A stretch of DNA of 64,000 nt from Pseudomonadales bacterium (GTDB lineage: Bacteria > Pseudomonadota > Gammaproteobacteria > Pseudomonadales > IMCC2047), in NCBI GenBank assembly GCA_041395865.1, contig JAWKZQ010000008.1:12090-76089 (forward strand). The letters run 5' to 3'. Below, one piece after another: positions 39,567-48,059 of the stretch; position 1 is the stretch's first letter, and each line of letters starts with the position of its first letter. The notes under the pieces were generated by a model. That model made no database searches. It was not told the origin of the DNA and saw only the letters and a list, made by a program, of their open reading frames with translations. Made by a program: the position numbers and the translations under genes.

Positions 39567-40301
39567 CTATTTACTGTTTGCGGGCGCGGGCGTTCGGCTT
39601 AATTGATCATACAGGCGTACCACAGCCGCATCCATTGGCCCGAAAGTATGTAGCGTGAGTACATAATCAATAAGCAAGTTCGCCTGTTCTTCCGTCAGGC
39701 TGTGGAACTTCGGCATTTGAATTTGCTGATGTTTAACGAAAAACCGGGCGACGGGGCCTTCAATCATGCTGTCGAACAAGTCTGGATCAAGGCCGTTTTT
39801 GATCCACGACTCGACTGCAGCTCGAGAGGTATTATTGGTAAGCCTGCGGAAATCCTCGCCAAAATAGCCTGGAATGTAGCCTTTCAGCGCGCCGTTATTG
39901 GGGTAACCTCCCTGACCAAGCTCCCCGTGGCATTGGAAACAATGAAAGGACCGTGCCAAATGTTCACCTGCTAACAGCCTGTTTGGCGCGCCTGCGGCGA
40001 ATCGGCTGGCAAATGTGTTTCTCACCCGGACGGAGGCAAAAAATGCCAGGAGGTCTTTGCACTGCCCCTGGTAGGAGGGATGGCTTTCACGCGTTGTTTG
40101 TTGATGGCAGTGAAGGGACCAGTCGTCCGGAAGTGCCGGGTCGTCCCTGCCGTGGCACGTAAGGCATGCATAGACTCCCTTTTCCTTAGCGCCGCGGGCT
40201 ATGGGGGAGCTCTCGGGTTTTATGCGATCCCAAATGCTCGTTAGGGCGAACGTGACGCCAATGGCGAGAATCAGGCTAATAACAGTCGTGCGACGGAACA
40301 T
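39567..40301 (-). CDS. Membrane-anchored dihaem c-type cytochrome
   Basis: N-terminal TM helix, CLTCH and CFQCH haem motifs, QMP probable distal Met for haem 2. Confidence 0.8.
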   Translation of the reverse strand: MFRRTTVISLILAIGVTFALTSIWDRIKPESSPIARGAKEKGVYACLTCHGRDDPALPDDWSLHCHQQTTRESHPSYQGQCKDLLAFFASVRVRNTFASRFAAGAPNRLLAGEHLARSFHCFQCHGELGQGGYPNNGALKGYIPGYFGEDFRRLTNNTSRAAVESWIKNGLDPDLFDSMIEGPVARFFVKHQQIQMPKFHSLTEEQANLLIDYVLTLHTFGPMDAAVVRLYDQLSRTPAPANSK

Positions 40302-40391
40302 TGCGGTAACAGGGCCTGACGTTCAGATTGACGTGATAGGTGTTCTTCGCGATATAGCGCGGCTCGTTTTTTTCTGAGCCGGGATGGAAGC

Positions 40392-40421
40392 CGCCATAAA
40401 GGCCAATCAGCCTTTATGGCG
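40392..40421. other. Intercistronic stem-loop without U-tail
   Basis: CGCCATAAAGGC-caatca-GCCTTTATGGCG, 11 bp past the P460 stop. Confidence 0.7.
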
Positions 40422-40432
40422 AGTTCATCCTG

Positions 40433-41092
40433 CTACTCTGGCAGTTTCAGTGGTTCTACAATGGGTCGGTAAAGATCCATATAGACCATATCCTCGTGGG
40501 CGTTACTGATATGGCAACCCGCGCATGCGGCAATAGGTGCGGCTTTTGCCGAGGGTGCATAGGGTTGGGCATGGTGGCCGAAGTTGAAGTAACCCCAGTT
40601 ATTGGATTCGGCAAAACGTGTAGAATCCTTTACGGAAACATCCATGCCGTTGACCTGGCCTGGGAAGTAGCCCCGGCCGGAGGTTTCGTACCGTGAGCCG
40701 TCCTCTTGTTCGCCATCTTTGCCGTGGCTATCAACCAGCTGCAGTTCTTTCAGCATCATGGTGCCCTCAGGCCATACGCCGTGGTCGCGATAGTGCTGAA
40801 AAGCTTCGGGTTGGACATAGACATTGTGGAACTCGGGGAAGTTGGCATGCCCGCCGTTCATTCCGTGGGGGGTGAGGGGAGCGCCGATAAAAATCCAGCG
40901 CCTGAAATCCCTGGGCTGGAGCAGTTCCAAAGGGTCCTTCTTGGACCAGACCGGCACAATATCCATGTGCTTATAACTCTTTGCAAAGGTCGACGGGTCT
41001 GCCTTATAGTCGCTATCTGCCAAAACGGAGGTGGCTGTAGAAGCTCCGCTGATGGTTACAAAAAGCGCCGCCGCACGAATGGTTTTTTTCAT
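40433..41092 (-). CDS. Cytochrome P460 family protein
   Basis: Signal peptide; PRDFRRWIFIG, TP..MNGG.A.FPEFHNVYV.P, GTMMLKEL, GYF.G...GMDVSVKD, WGYF, C-terminal CAGCH..A..DMV. Confidence 0.88.
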   Translation of the reverse strand: MKKTIRAAALFVTISGASTATSVLADSDYKADPSTFAKSYKHMDIVPVWSKKDPLELLQPRDFRRWIFIGAPLTPHGMNGGHANFPEFHNVYVQPEAFQHYRDHGVWPEGTMMLKELQLVDSHGKDGEQEDGSRYETSGRGYFPGQVNGMDVSVKDSTRFAESNNWGYFNFGHHAQPYAPSAKAAPIAACAGCHISNAHEDMVYMDLYRPIVEPLKLPE

Positions 41093-41273
41093 GGTCCCTC
41101 CCCAAACAATCGCTTATTGAGTGCTGAGAACGTATCACTGCATTTCTGACGCTGTCCAATAGGCAGTAACGTGCTATGTATAAGCGTCTGTTATCGAGCT
41201 GGATGCTTTCCTAATTGGTTTTGCTAACCGGGCGCTGATATATTCAAAAATAATTTTCAGGTTGGAGGTGTTT

Positions 41274-41801
41274 ATGTCTGGAACAGAATTTGAATGCATT
41301 ATTCTGGCGGGCGGCTGCTTTTGGGGAATGCAGGATTTATTCCGCCAGCAGCCGGGCATCATTCAAACCCGTGTCGGTTACTCCGGCGGTGATACGCCGG
41401 ATGCAACCTACCGGGAAGTGAAAACGGGCACAACGAATCATGCCGAGGCGGTCGAAATCCTATTCGATCCGGGGGTTACGAGCCTGAGGAATATTCTGGA
41501 GTTCTTTTTTCAGATACATGACCCGACAACTTCAAACCGCCAGGGCAATGACCGGGGCAGCCAGTACCGGTCGGCGATTTTTTATACAACTCCCGCGCAG
41601 CAGGCAATTGCGCTTGAGACCATCGCTGACCTGGAGGCTTCCGGGTTGTGGCCGGGTAAAATCGTGACGGAGGTTACCTATGCCCGCCCCTTCTGGGAAG
41701 CAGAGCCCGAACATCAGGATTATTTGGCGCGCAACCCGAACGGTTATACCTGTCATTTTGTCAGGCCCGGCTGGCGATTGCCGCCGCGCAGCAAAACCTG
41801 A
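41274..41801 (+). CDS. msrA: Peptide-methionine (S)-S-oxide reductase
   Basis: [49 protein letters not shown]. Confidence 0.95.
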   Translation: MSGTEFECIILAGGCFWGMQDLFRQQPGIIQTRVGYSGGDTPDATYREVKTGTTNHAEAVEILFDPGVTSLRNILEFFFQIHDPTTSNRQGNDRGSQYRSAIFYTTPAQQAIALETIADLEASGLWPGKIVTEVTYARPFWEAEPEHQDYLARNPNGYTCHFVRPGWRLPPRSKT

Positions 41802-42004
41802 ATGTGAGACAGGCTTCTCTTAGGAGGGCGATAGCCCTATAACTGGCCGGTTTGGGTGAACGGTTTCGATACCTATTCGTTATCGGCAGTGGTTAATCCG
41901 GCAATCGCCCTGTCGGCCGGGTAACAGCGGGCAAGGTGTCGGCCTGGTTAGTTCGGGACAAGGGCATGTGCGTTAGGGTTCAACGAAGGAAGGAGTGATA
42001 AACG

Positions 42005-42451
42005 ATGATCACATGGGCTGATGTCATCCACTTTGTTAGCAATGGTAATCCCGTGCCGGATCGGCGGGTCGAGAAGACGCCGGCACAATGGCGTGAAATA
42101 TTAACGCCGGAACAATACAGGGTTACAAGGGAGAGGGGCACGGAGCGTGCGTTTAGCTCTCAGATGTGCAGCCTTTTCGAGCCAGGCTTGTACGCATGTG
42201 TCTGTTGCGACTCGGTTCTGTTCGACTCTGCGACTAAGTTCGAGTCAGGCTCCGGCTGGCCGTCATTTGACCAGCCCGTCACTGAAAACGCAATCGCCTA
42301 TCATGGCGATACGTCGCACGGTATGAGCCGCGTGGAAACACGCTGCAATACCTGCGATGCACATCTTGGCCACGTTTTCCCCGATGGTCCCGAGCCGAGC
42401 GGTTTGAGGTACTGCATGAATGCGCTCGCACTGAATAAAATATCGACCTGA
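42005..42451 (+). CDS. msrB: Peptide-methionine (R)-S-oxide reductase (Zn-binding)
   Basis: GTERAF, CVCC, SGSGWPSF, CNTCDAHLGHVFPDGP, RYCMN. Confidence 0.95.
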   Translation: MITWADVIHFVSNGNPVPDRRVEKTPAQWREILTPEQYRVTRERGTERAFSSQMCSLFEPGLYACVCCDSVLFDSATKFESGSGWPSFDQPVTENAIAYHGDTSHGMSRVETRCNTCDAHLGHVFPDGPEPSGLRYCMNALALNKIST

Positions 42452-42569
42452 TTTTTTTGCTCTGTGAGCGGGTAGTGCTAAGGCGTATGCAATAAGAAAT
42501 TTCATCGGGCGATGCCGGGATTTTTGATGAAATTTAACGGGTTAGGGCGACTAACGGGAGCGTCGAGTC

Positions 42570-43778
42570 ATGCAGGATATTTCCTTTCTGATGATCGCTT
42601 TTTTGGTGACGGCCTTGGTCGGGCTGAATGCATTGACTTATTATTCAAGCCGTGTCGTGATCTTTCCCGATATTGTCTGGGTGCTTTTACTTGGCGTGGG
42701 TTACGGGCTTTTGTCCCGCTATTCCGCCTTGGGATTGCCTGAAATCGTTTTGAGCTCCCAGCTTGTTTTGTATGTGTTTGTGCCTTTGTTGATTTTTGCT
42801 TCGACGCAAAAAATTTGTTTGCACCATATTCGCAAAGTGCTTGTGCCTGCAAGTTTGGTCGGTAGTGTGGGCATTTTAATCAGTATGCTGGTTATTGGTG
42901 CTGCCTTGCATTTTATTTTTGCCATGCCCTGGCTTTCCTCCCTGTTGTTTGGCGTCATTATTTCCGCGACGGACCCCCTGGCGATCGGTGCGCTATTGCA
43001 TGGAAATAAAAAGCTACCGGAGTCCCGCAAATTGTTGATTGAGGGTGAATCGATCCTTAACGACGGTTTTGTGGTAACCGTTTTCGGCGTTTTTGTATTG
43101 ATAATGTTTGAGGGTGAGGCGTTCAGCCTGGTCAGCAGTGGCACCAGCCTGCTGAGTCATGTGGCCGGCGCTTTAATTGTCGGCGTGCTGGCCGGGCGGG
43201 GAGCCCGTCTGTTGCTGGATTATTGGCACGGCGATCATTTTTCACTAAAAACGAATATGACCCTGGCCCTGGCATTCGGCAGTTTATTGTTGGCTGAAGG
43301 TTTGCATTTTTCAGGAATCCTGGCGGTGTTTGCCGCAGCACTTGCCTATGGCTATAAACGCCCGGAACCCGATCATAATGCGCATATTCAGCGCCATTTG
43401 TGGGATTACTTCGAGTATATCGCCAACGCTTGCCTGTTCTTTTTGCTGGGCGCCAGTTTCGCCGGGCTTGCATCCTTCGAACAATTGCCTGTTTCGCTGG
43501 TGATCGCGTCTGTCGTGCTGCTGTTTGTTGCAAGGCTTGCGGCGATATTGATCCTTTCGCCGGCTATTAAAATTGAAGGTGAGCACCTGACGCATCAGGA
43601 GTTTTGGTTGCTGAATTTTGCGGGCGCGCGCGGCGCTGTCTCTATTGCCCTCATTCTATTGCTGCCTGATTCATTTGAGTTAAAGGAAGCTTTTTTGTCG
43701 ATAGCTTTTGTCATGATCCTGTTTTCTCTGGTGCTGTACCCCTTGGTTGTACGGCAGCTGCAGGGCGCGACGAATTGA
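42570..43778 (+). CDS. CPA1 cation:proton antiporter
   Basis: About 12 TM segments, ISATDPLA, IEGESILNDG, GARGAVSIAL. Confidence 0.9.
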   Translation: MQDISFLMIAFLVTALVGLNALTYYSSRVVIFPDIVWVLLLGVGYGLLSRYSALGLPEIVLSSQLVLYVFVPLLIFASTQKICLHHIRKVLVPASLVGSVGILISMLVIGAALHFIFAMPWLSSLLFGVIISATDPLAIGALLHGNKKLPESRKLLIEGESILNDGFVVTVFGVFVLIMFEGEAFSLVSSGTSLLSHVAGALIVGVLAGRGARLLLDYWHGDHFSLKTNMTLALAFGSLLLAEGLHFSGILAVFAAALAYGYKRPEPDHNAHIQRHLWDYFEYIANACLFFLLGASFAGLASFEQLPVSLVIASVVLLFVARLAAILILSPAIKIEGEHLTHQEFWLLNFAGARGAVSIALILLLPDSFELKEAFLSIAFVMILFSLVLYPLVVRQLQGATN

Positions 43779-43795
43779 TGTTCAGTATTTGCTGG

Positions 43796-44533
43796 TTAGG
43801 CGTTGTTTTCCTGTCGGGCCAGATACTCCCGGGCGGATAAAACCTTGCCGGTGTGCTGCATCGGATCATTCTCCAGCAGGCAGCGCAAAGCGCGGGCTGC
43901 CATTTCGGGGGGGTGCGTCCAGGTATCGATATCCTGATCCGGGTATAGCCGGCGAACGGTTTCGGTTGCGCTGGCGGAGGGCGACAGGGAAACGCAGGCG
44001 ATGCCGTGCTCTTTGAGCTCCGCGCCCAGGCCAAGGGTCAGGCGATCCAGACCGGCCTTGGAAACACCGTAGGGAATATTGAGGAAACCCGTGCGTACCG
44101 CTGCCCCGGAGCTGGTGTTGATGATTGTCCCGCGGCCCTGCCGGATCATCTGGGGCACAACGGCATGGCTGCAGAGAAAGGCGCCCCAGAGGTTGGTGTC
44201 GATAATGTCCCGCCACTGTGACGGCGATATATCCGTAAAGGCGATATCGCCTGCCATGATGCCGGCATTGTTTACCAAGACATCGATTTTCCCAAACTGG
44301 TTAAGGGCTTCTTCGAGCATTGCAGAGACCTCCTGCTCGTTGCGCACGTCAGCACAGATTGCCTGCGCCTCGCCTCCTTTGGCGATAATGGCATCACAGG
44401 TCGCTTTCAGGGCTTTTTTGCCGCGTGCTACCAGGGCTAACTGCGCGCCGCGCTCTGCGAGGTTGAGGGCCATCGCCTGACCGATGCCGCTGCTGGCTCC
44501 TGTGATGAGGATAACGCTTTCGCTCAGATTCAT
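43796..44533 (-). CDS. SDR family NAD(P)-dependent oxidoreductase
   Basis: TGASSGIG, LVNNAG, YGVSK; start 44533 or 44542. Confidence 0.92.
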   Translation of the reverse strand: MNLSESVILITGASSGIGQAMALNLAERGAQLALVARGKKALKATCDAIIAKGGEAQAICADVRNEQEVSAMLEEALNQFGKIDVLVNNAGIMAGDIAFTDISPSQWRDIIDTNLWGAFLCSHAVVPQMIRQGRGTIINTSSGAAVRTGFLNIPYGVSKAGLDRLTLGLGAELKEHGIACVSLSPSASATETVRRLYPDQDIDTWTHPPEMAARALRCLLENDPMQHTGKVLSAREYLARQENNA

Positions 44534-44647
44534 CGTGAACACTCCCAGACGTTCGGTTTGCGAGAGGAAAGGGCGCCCTCATTTTACCTTTTTCGGCTCC
44601 TGCTGCACCTGAGCCTGGCGCGACTTTTCACTGAAAAATTATTTTAT

Positions 44648-44811
44648 ATAAACATTAATTTATTAATGTTTATCTTTATTTTATTGTTATTAAAGTTAAT
44701 ATATTGATGTTTATTGTTAATTTGTATTTTCTTTTATAAAATCTATAATCATTAAAATATTGCTATTAAAGATATTAAATTTATTTTTAACGTTAATTTG
44801 TTGATGTTTAT
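44648..44811 (+). promoter_or_regulatory. AT-rich promoter with four 26-bp palindromic operator-like repeats
   Basis: Perfect ATAAACATTAAT-tt-ATTAATGTTTAT at 44648, degenerate copies at 44689, 44745 and 44786; TTGTAT-N16-TATAAT at 44722-44749. Confidence 0.75.
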
Positions 44812-44813
44812 GT

Positions 44814-45176
44814 ATGAATAAGCTGGATTATTACGCAATGACGGATGCGGCAATCGCCGAGGCGCTGGGAGAACGGTTGGAACAGTTGCGCCTGGAAGCC
44901 AATATTCCCCAAAAAAAGATTGCCCATGAGTTGGGTATTTCGGAAGGAACGTATCGTAGCGCCGTGAAGGGGCGGGCAAAATTCGAGGTGATTATCGGCA
45001 TCTTGCGGGTGCTGGGTAAACTGGAAAACCTGGAAAACTTCCTGCCAAACGAGCCCTTTAGCCCGTTGGAGTTGCTTAAGCGGGAAGGTAAAAAGCGCCA
45101 ACGGGCGGGAACCCGGCGTACCGGGCCGGAATCCAAAAACCGCGAAACGGATGAGGCGGAGGCATTGGAGTGGTAG
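44814..45176 (+). CDS. XRE/HTH regulator, HipB-like antitoxin
   Basis: LGERLEQLRLEANIPQKKIAHELGIS HTH, RQRA and terminal W; overlaps the HipA-like gene. Confidence 0.82.
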   Translation: MNKLDYYAMTDAAIAEALGERLEQLRLEANIPQKKIAHELGISEGTYRSAVKGRAKFEVIIGILRVLGKLENLENFLPNEPFSPLELLKREGKKRQRAGTRRTGPESKNRETDEAEALEW

Positions 45177-46471
45177 CGAATCAGGTCGCGCGTGTGGAGA
45201 TGTGGGGGCGTCTGGTCGGCGCCCTGGCCTATGATGACGGTAGCGGGCTGTGCGCCTTTGAATATGATCCCGGCTGGTTAAAAGGGGGCGTTGAAATCAG
45301 TCCGGTTAAAATGCCCCTGTCGGAGCGGGTTTACCAGTTTCCAGCATTGCCGAGGGCGACCTTTCAAGGGTTGCCGGGCGCGTTTGCGGACACCCTGCCG
45401 GATGATTTCGGTAACGCGCTGATTGACGCCTGGCTGGCGCGCAGCGGTCGGGATAAGTCTTCGTTTACGGCGCTGGAGCGGCTGCTTTATACCGGCAAGC
45501 GCGGCATGGGGGCATTGGAGTATTATCCGTCCATTGACCGTAAGCTGGATCAGTCTCAAGTGTTGGCGCTGGAAAGCCTGATCGAAATGGCGCAGGCGGT
45601 ACTCGATCAACGGGCACATTTGCTGGAGCAGCTGAACGGAGCTGAAGCCCGCGATGCCTTGACGGCCATTTTGCAGGTGGGCACGTCGGCGGGCGGTGCA
45701 CGCCCGAAGGCGGTTATCGGCATTAACCGTGAACGAACCGAAATCCGCAGTGGGCAGGTGGATCTGCCGCCAGGCTTCGAACATTTTATTCTTAAATTCG
45801 ATGGAGTGGTGGAGCATTCGCGCTCCCAGCAGACCTTCGGTGACCCGCAGGGCTATGGGCGTATGGAATATGCCTATTACCTGATGGCAAAGGACGCCGG
45901 TATCGATATTTCTCACAGCGAACTGTTACTGGACGGGGAGCGCGCTCACTTTATGACGCGGCGTTTCGATCGGGAAGCGGGGCGGAAACTGCATTACCAG
46001 TCTCTCTGCGCCATGGATCATGCCGATTATCGCCAGCCAGGGCATTACAGCTACGAGCAGCTTTTTACGTTGATGCGTTCACTGCGTTTGAGCCGGGATG
46101 AGGCGCTGGAGATGTACCGGCGCATGGTGTTTAACATCGTTGCCCGGAACCATGACGACCACACCAAAAACTTTGGTTTTGTGATGAGTGAGGCGGGGCG
46201 CTGGCGATTGGCGCCGGCCTTCGACGTTGCCTATAGCTATAAACCCGGTTCGCAATGGGTGAATTCGCACCAGCTCTCCCTGAACGGTAAACGTGATGAT
46301 TTCGTGCGGGAAGACTTGCTGGTGCCGGCGGCAACCTTCAGGAAAGAAGCGGAAGCGATCATTGAACAGGTTGTTGAGGTGGTGTCGAACTGGCCCCGCT
46401 ATGCGGATCAAGCCGGCGTCTTCCCGGCGTTTTCGCGCCAGATTCAGGCGCATCAGCGGCTTGATTTTTAG
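45170..46471 (+). CDS. HipA-family serine/threonine kinase toxin
   Basis: FADTLPDDFG, GTSAGGARPKA (autophosphorylation loop), ILKF, RRFDR, NHDDHTKNF, LAPAFD. Confidence 0.93.
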   Translation: MVANQVARVEMWGRLVGALAYDDGSGLCAFEYDPGWLKGGVEISPVKMPLSERVYQFPALPRATFQGLPGAFADTLPDDFGNALIDAWLARSGRDKSSFTALERLLYTGKRGMGALEYYPSIDRKLDQSQVLALESLIEMAQAVLDQRAHLLEQLNGAEARDALTAILQVGTSAGGARPKAVIGINRERTEIRSGQVDLPPGFEHFILKFDGVVEHSRSQQTFGDPQGYGRMEYAYYLMAKDAGIDISHSELLLDGERAHFMTRRFDREAGRKLHYQSLCAMDHADYRQPGHYSYEQLFTLMRSLRLSRDEALEMYRRMVFNIVARNHDDHTKNFGFVMSEAGRWRLAPAFDVAYSYKPGSQWVNSHQLSLNGKRDDFVREDLLVPAATFRKEAEAIIEQVVEVVSNWPRYADQAGVFPAFSRQIQAHQRLDF

Positions 46472-46625
46472 CGCGCGCCCGGGCTTGGGCATAGGCTCGG
46501 AAGGCCCTGTCACAATTGTGCAATTTTAGCGCGTTACCCTCCCTTAGATTCAACTTGCCTGCCGGGGCGTTCTGGTAGCAGTTCTGGCGGTGTCCATTCA
46601 TTGCAAATCAAGGGAAATAAAAACG

Positions 46626-47186
46626 ATGAAAAAATTTGCCGCAATCACCCTGCTAAGTGGCGCTGTTGTTGCACTGACTGCTTGCCAGGTTAACCAATCC
46701 GAGCCGGTTGCCGAAGCGCCCAAGCCGCAGCTTAATAACCAGGACCTGTTCGAGGTGGACCACGAAGGCCGTCACTATGTGTTTGATGATTTTGGCACCT
46801 ATCAGCAGTTCCTGACGGTTGGGGAAACATCTTATCGCAAGGTCTTCATTGGAGAAGGGCCGCACGGTAAAACCCTGGTGTTCGGATTGCGTGAAGAGGA
46901 TAAGAAAAAGCTGACAGGCCTGGCGGGCGTGGAAATGTTTAAGGGCAACATGTCTGCCGCTGAGGATTTTTATGGTGAAATGCGCGGCGAAGACGGGCGT
47001 CTGTATGTTTTTGACCGCCTGGAAGATATGGAAGCTGTTCGTGCCACGGGTGAGGCAGCCTATCGTTTAACTCAAATCGGTGTAGGCCCTCAGGGGCAGA
47101 CCGTGGTCTTTGTGCTTAATAAGGATAATAAAAGCGAATACCCTGCCGGCTTGATTGCCAAGTATAAGAAGATCAATAACATGTAA
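46626..47186 (+). CDS. Lipoprotein with an internal two-fold repeat, function unknown
   Basis: Lipobox LTAC; repeats EGRHYVFD..GETSYR...IGEGPHGKTLVF and DGRLYVFD..GEAAYR...IGVGPQGQTVVF. Confidence 0.8.
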   Translation: MKKFAAITLLSGAVVALTACQVNQSEPVAEAPKPQLNNQDLFEVDHEGRHYVFDDFGTYQQFLTVGETSYRKVFIGEGPHGKTLVFGLREEDKKKLTGLAGVEMFKGNMSAAEDFYGEMRGEDGRLYVFDRLEDMEAVRATGEAAYRLTQIGVGPQGQTVVFVLNKDNKSEYPAGLIAKYKKINNM

Positions 47187-47196
47187 GTGTTGCAGG

Positions 47197-47233
47197 CATA
47201 AAAAAACCCGCCTTATTGGCGGGTTTTTTTATG
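47197..47233. terminator. Bidirectional intrinsic terminator
   Basis: CATAAAAAAACCCGCC-ttatt-GGCGGGTTTTTTTATG between convergent genes. Confidence 0.9.
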
Positions 47234-47238
47234 GGGTA

Positions 47239-47865
47239 TCAAGACTGGGGCTCGGTGCTTTCGGATTCCTGGGTGCCGGTTTGTTGATCGGCAGCGGGTT
47301 CCACGCTAGGGCAGGGTGAGTCAGTGCTGTTATCGTTGCACAGGTAAATTTCGCCAATTCGCTCGATCCAGGTATTGATGTCGGCCTGTTCAACATCGCC
47401 GCGCCAGCCTTTCTGGAAGAGGTAAATGTGACGTTCGCCGCCCAGTACCAGATTAATGATGCGCGACGGCGCTCGCTTGGCATGTAAGCAGGTGGTTTTC
47501 CAGAAAATAGCGTCGTATTTGCTTTTCAGGTTTCGCTGCAGTTCTTCGGATTCGTAGGCGCTGCAGTCCCGGCGGCCGCGGATATCGACCCAGTCACGGA
47601 CATGCGCCAGCCCTTCCTTGTCGTCGCTTCTGTTATAAACGTTGATCATGTAAAAATCGTCAAAGGCTCTGCCTTTGGTGCGCATTTCCTTGTTGTACCA
47701 CACCAGGCCTTTGGAGTTGATCAGGTCTTTGTTGTGAATTTCCCATTGCTCCGGGTCGGGTTCGAAGGCAATGAAACGTTCACCGCTGGGTTGCTCGAAA
47801 CCCGCGAGGACGGCATTGGAGAAGAACGCTGCGAACAGCAGTGAAAAAAGCACACGAATTTTCAT
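47239..47865 (-). CDS. Hypothetical secreted protein
   Basis: Signal peptide from ATG 47865 (MKIRVLFSLLFAAFFSNAVLA), four Cys. Confidence 0.7.
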   Translation of the reverse strand: MKIRVLFSLLFAAFFSNAVLAGFEQPSGERFIAFEPDPEQWEIHNKDLINSKGLVWYNKEMRTKGRAFDDFYMINVYNRSDDKEGLAHVRDWVDIRGRRDCSAYESEELQRNLKSKYDAIFWKTTCLHAKRAPSRIINLVLGGERHIYLFQKGWRGDVEQADINTWIERIGEIYLCNDNSTDSPCPSVEPAADQQTGTQESESTEPQS

Positions 47866-48059
47866 AAAAGCTATTACCTTATACCGCTTGATTGCTCCGC
47901 TGAGAGCCAAATGGAGTCGGGAAAGTTTACTCACCCCGATACTTTATTTGCAAGGGTTGTTTTACCAGCCCGCTGCGCAGGGGCGTATAATGAGCCTTGT
48001 TTTGTGTGGTTGTTAGGGGCAGTTTTGCCTGTGTGTTCTTCAGGAAGAGGAAAAATATC

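Noticed and set aside
40433..41092. Organism is an ammonia or methane oxidiser
   Set aside because: P460-family genes occur widely and no amo, pmo or hao genes are in this window
44633..44813. AT-rich tract as a replication origin or CRISPR leader/array
   Set aside because: No DnaA boxes, rep or cas genes; repeats are degenerate palindromes with uneven short spacers next to an HTH gene
26938..47233. Shared CATAAAAAAACC...GGTTTTTTTATG flanks at 26938 and 47197 as a repeat family
   Set aside because: Stems and loops differ; ordinary bidirectional terminators
37273..47934. Prophage or integrative element spanning the accessory stretch
   Set aside because: No integrase, tRNA target, att direct repeats or phage genes were seen
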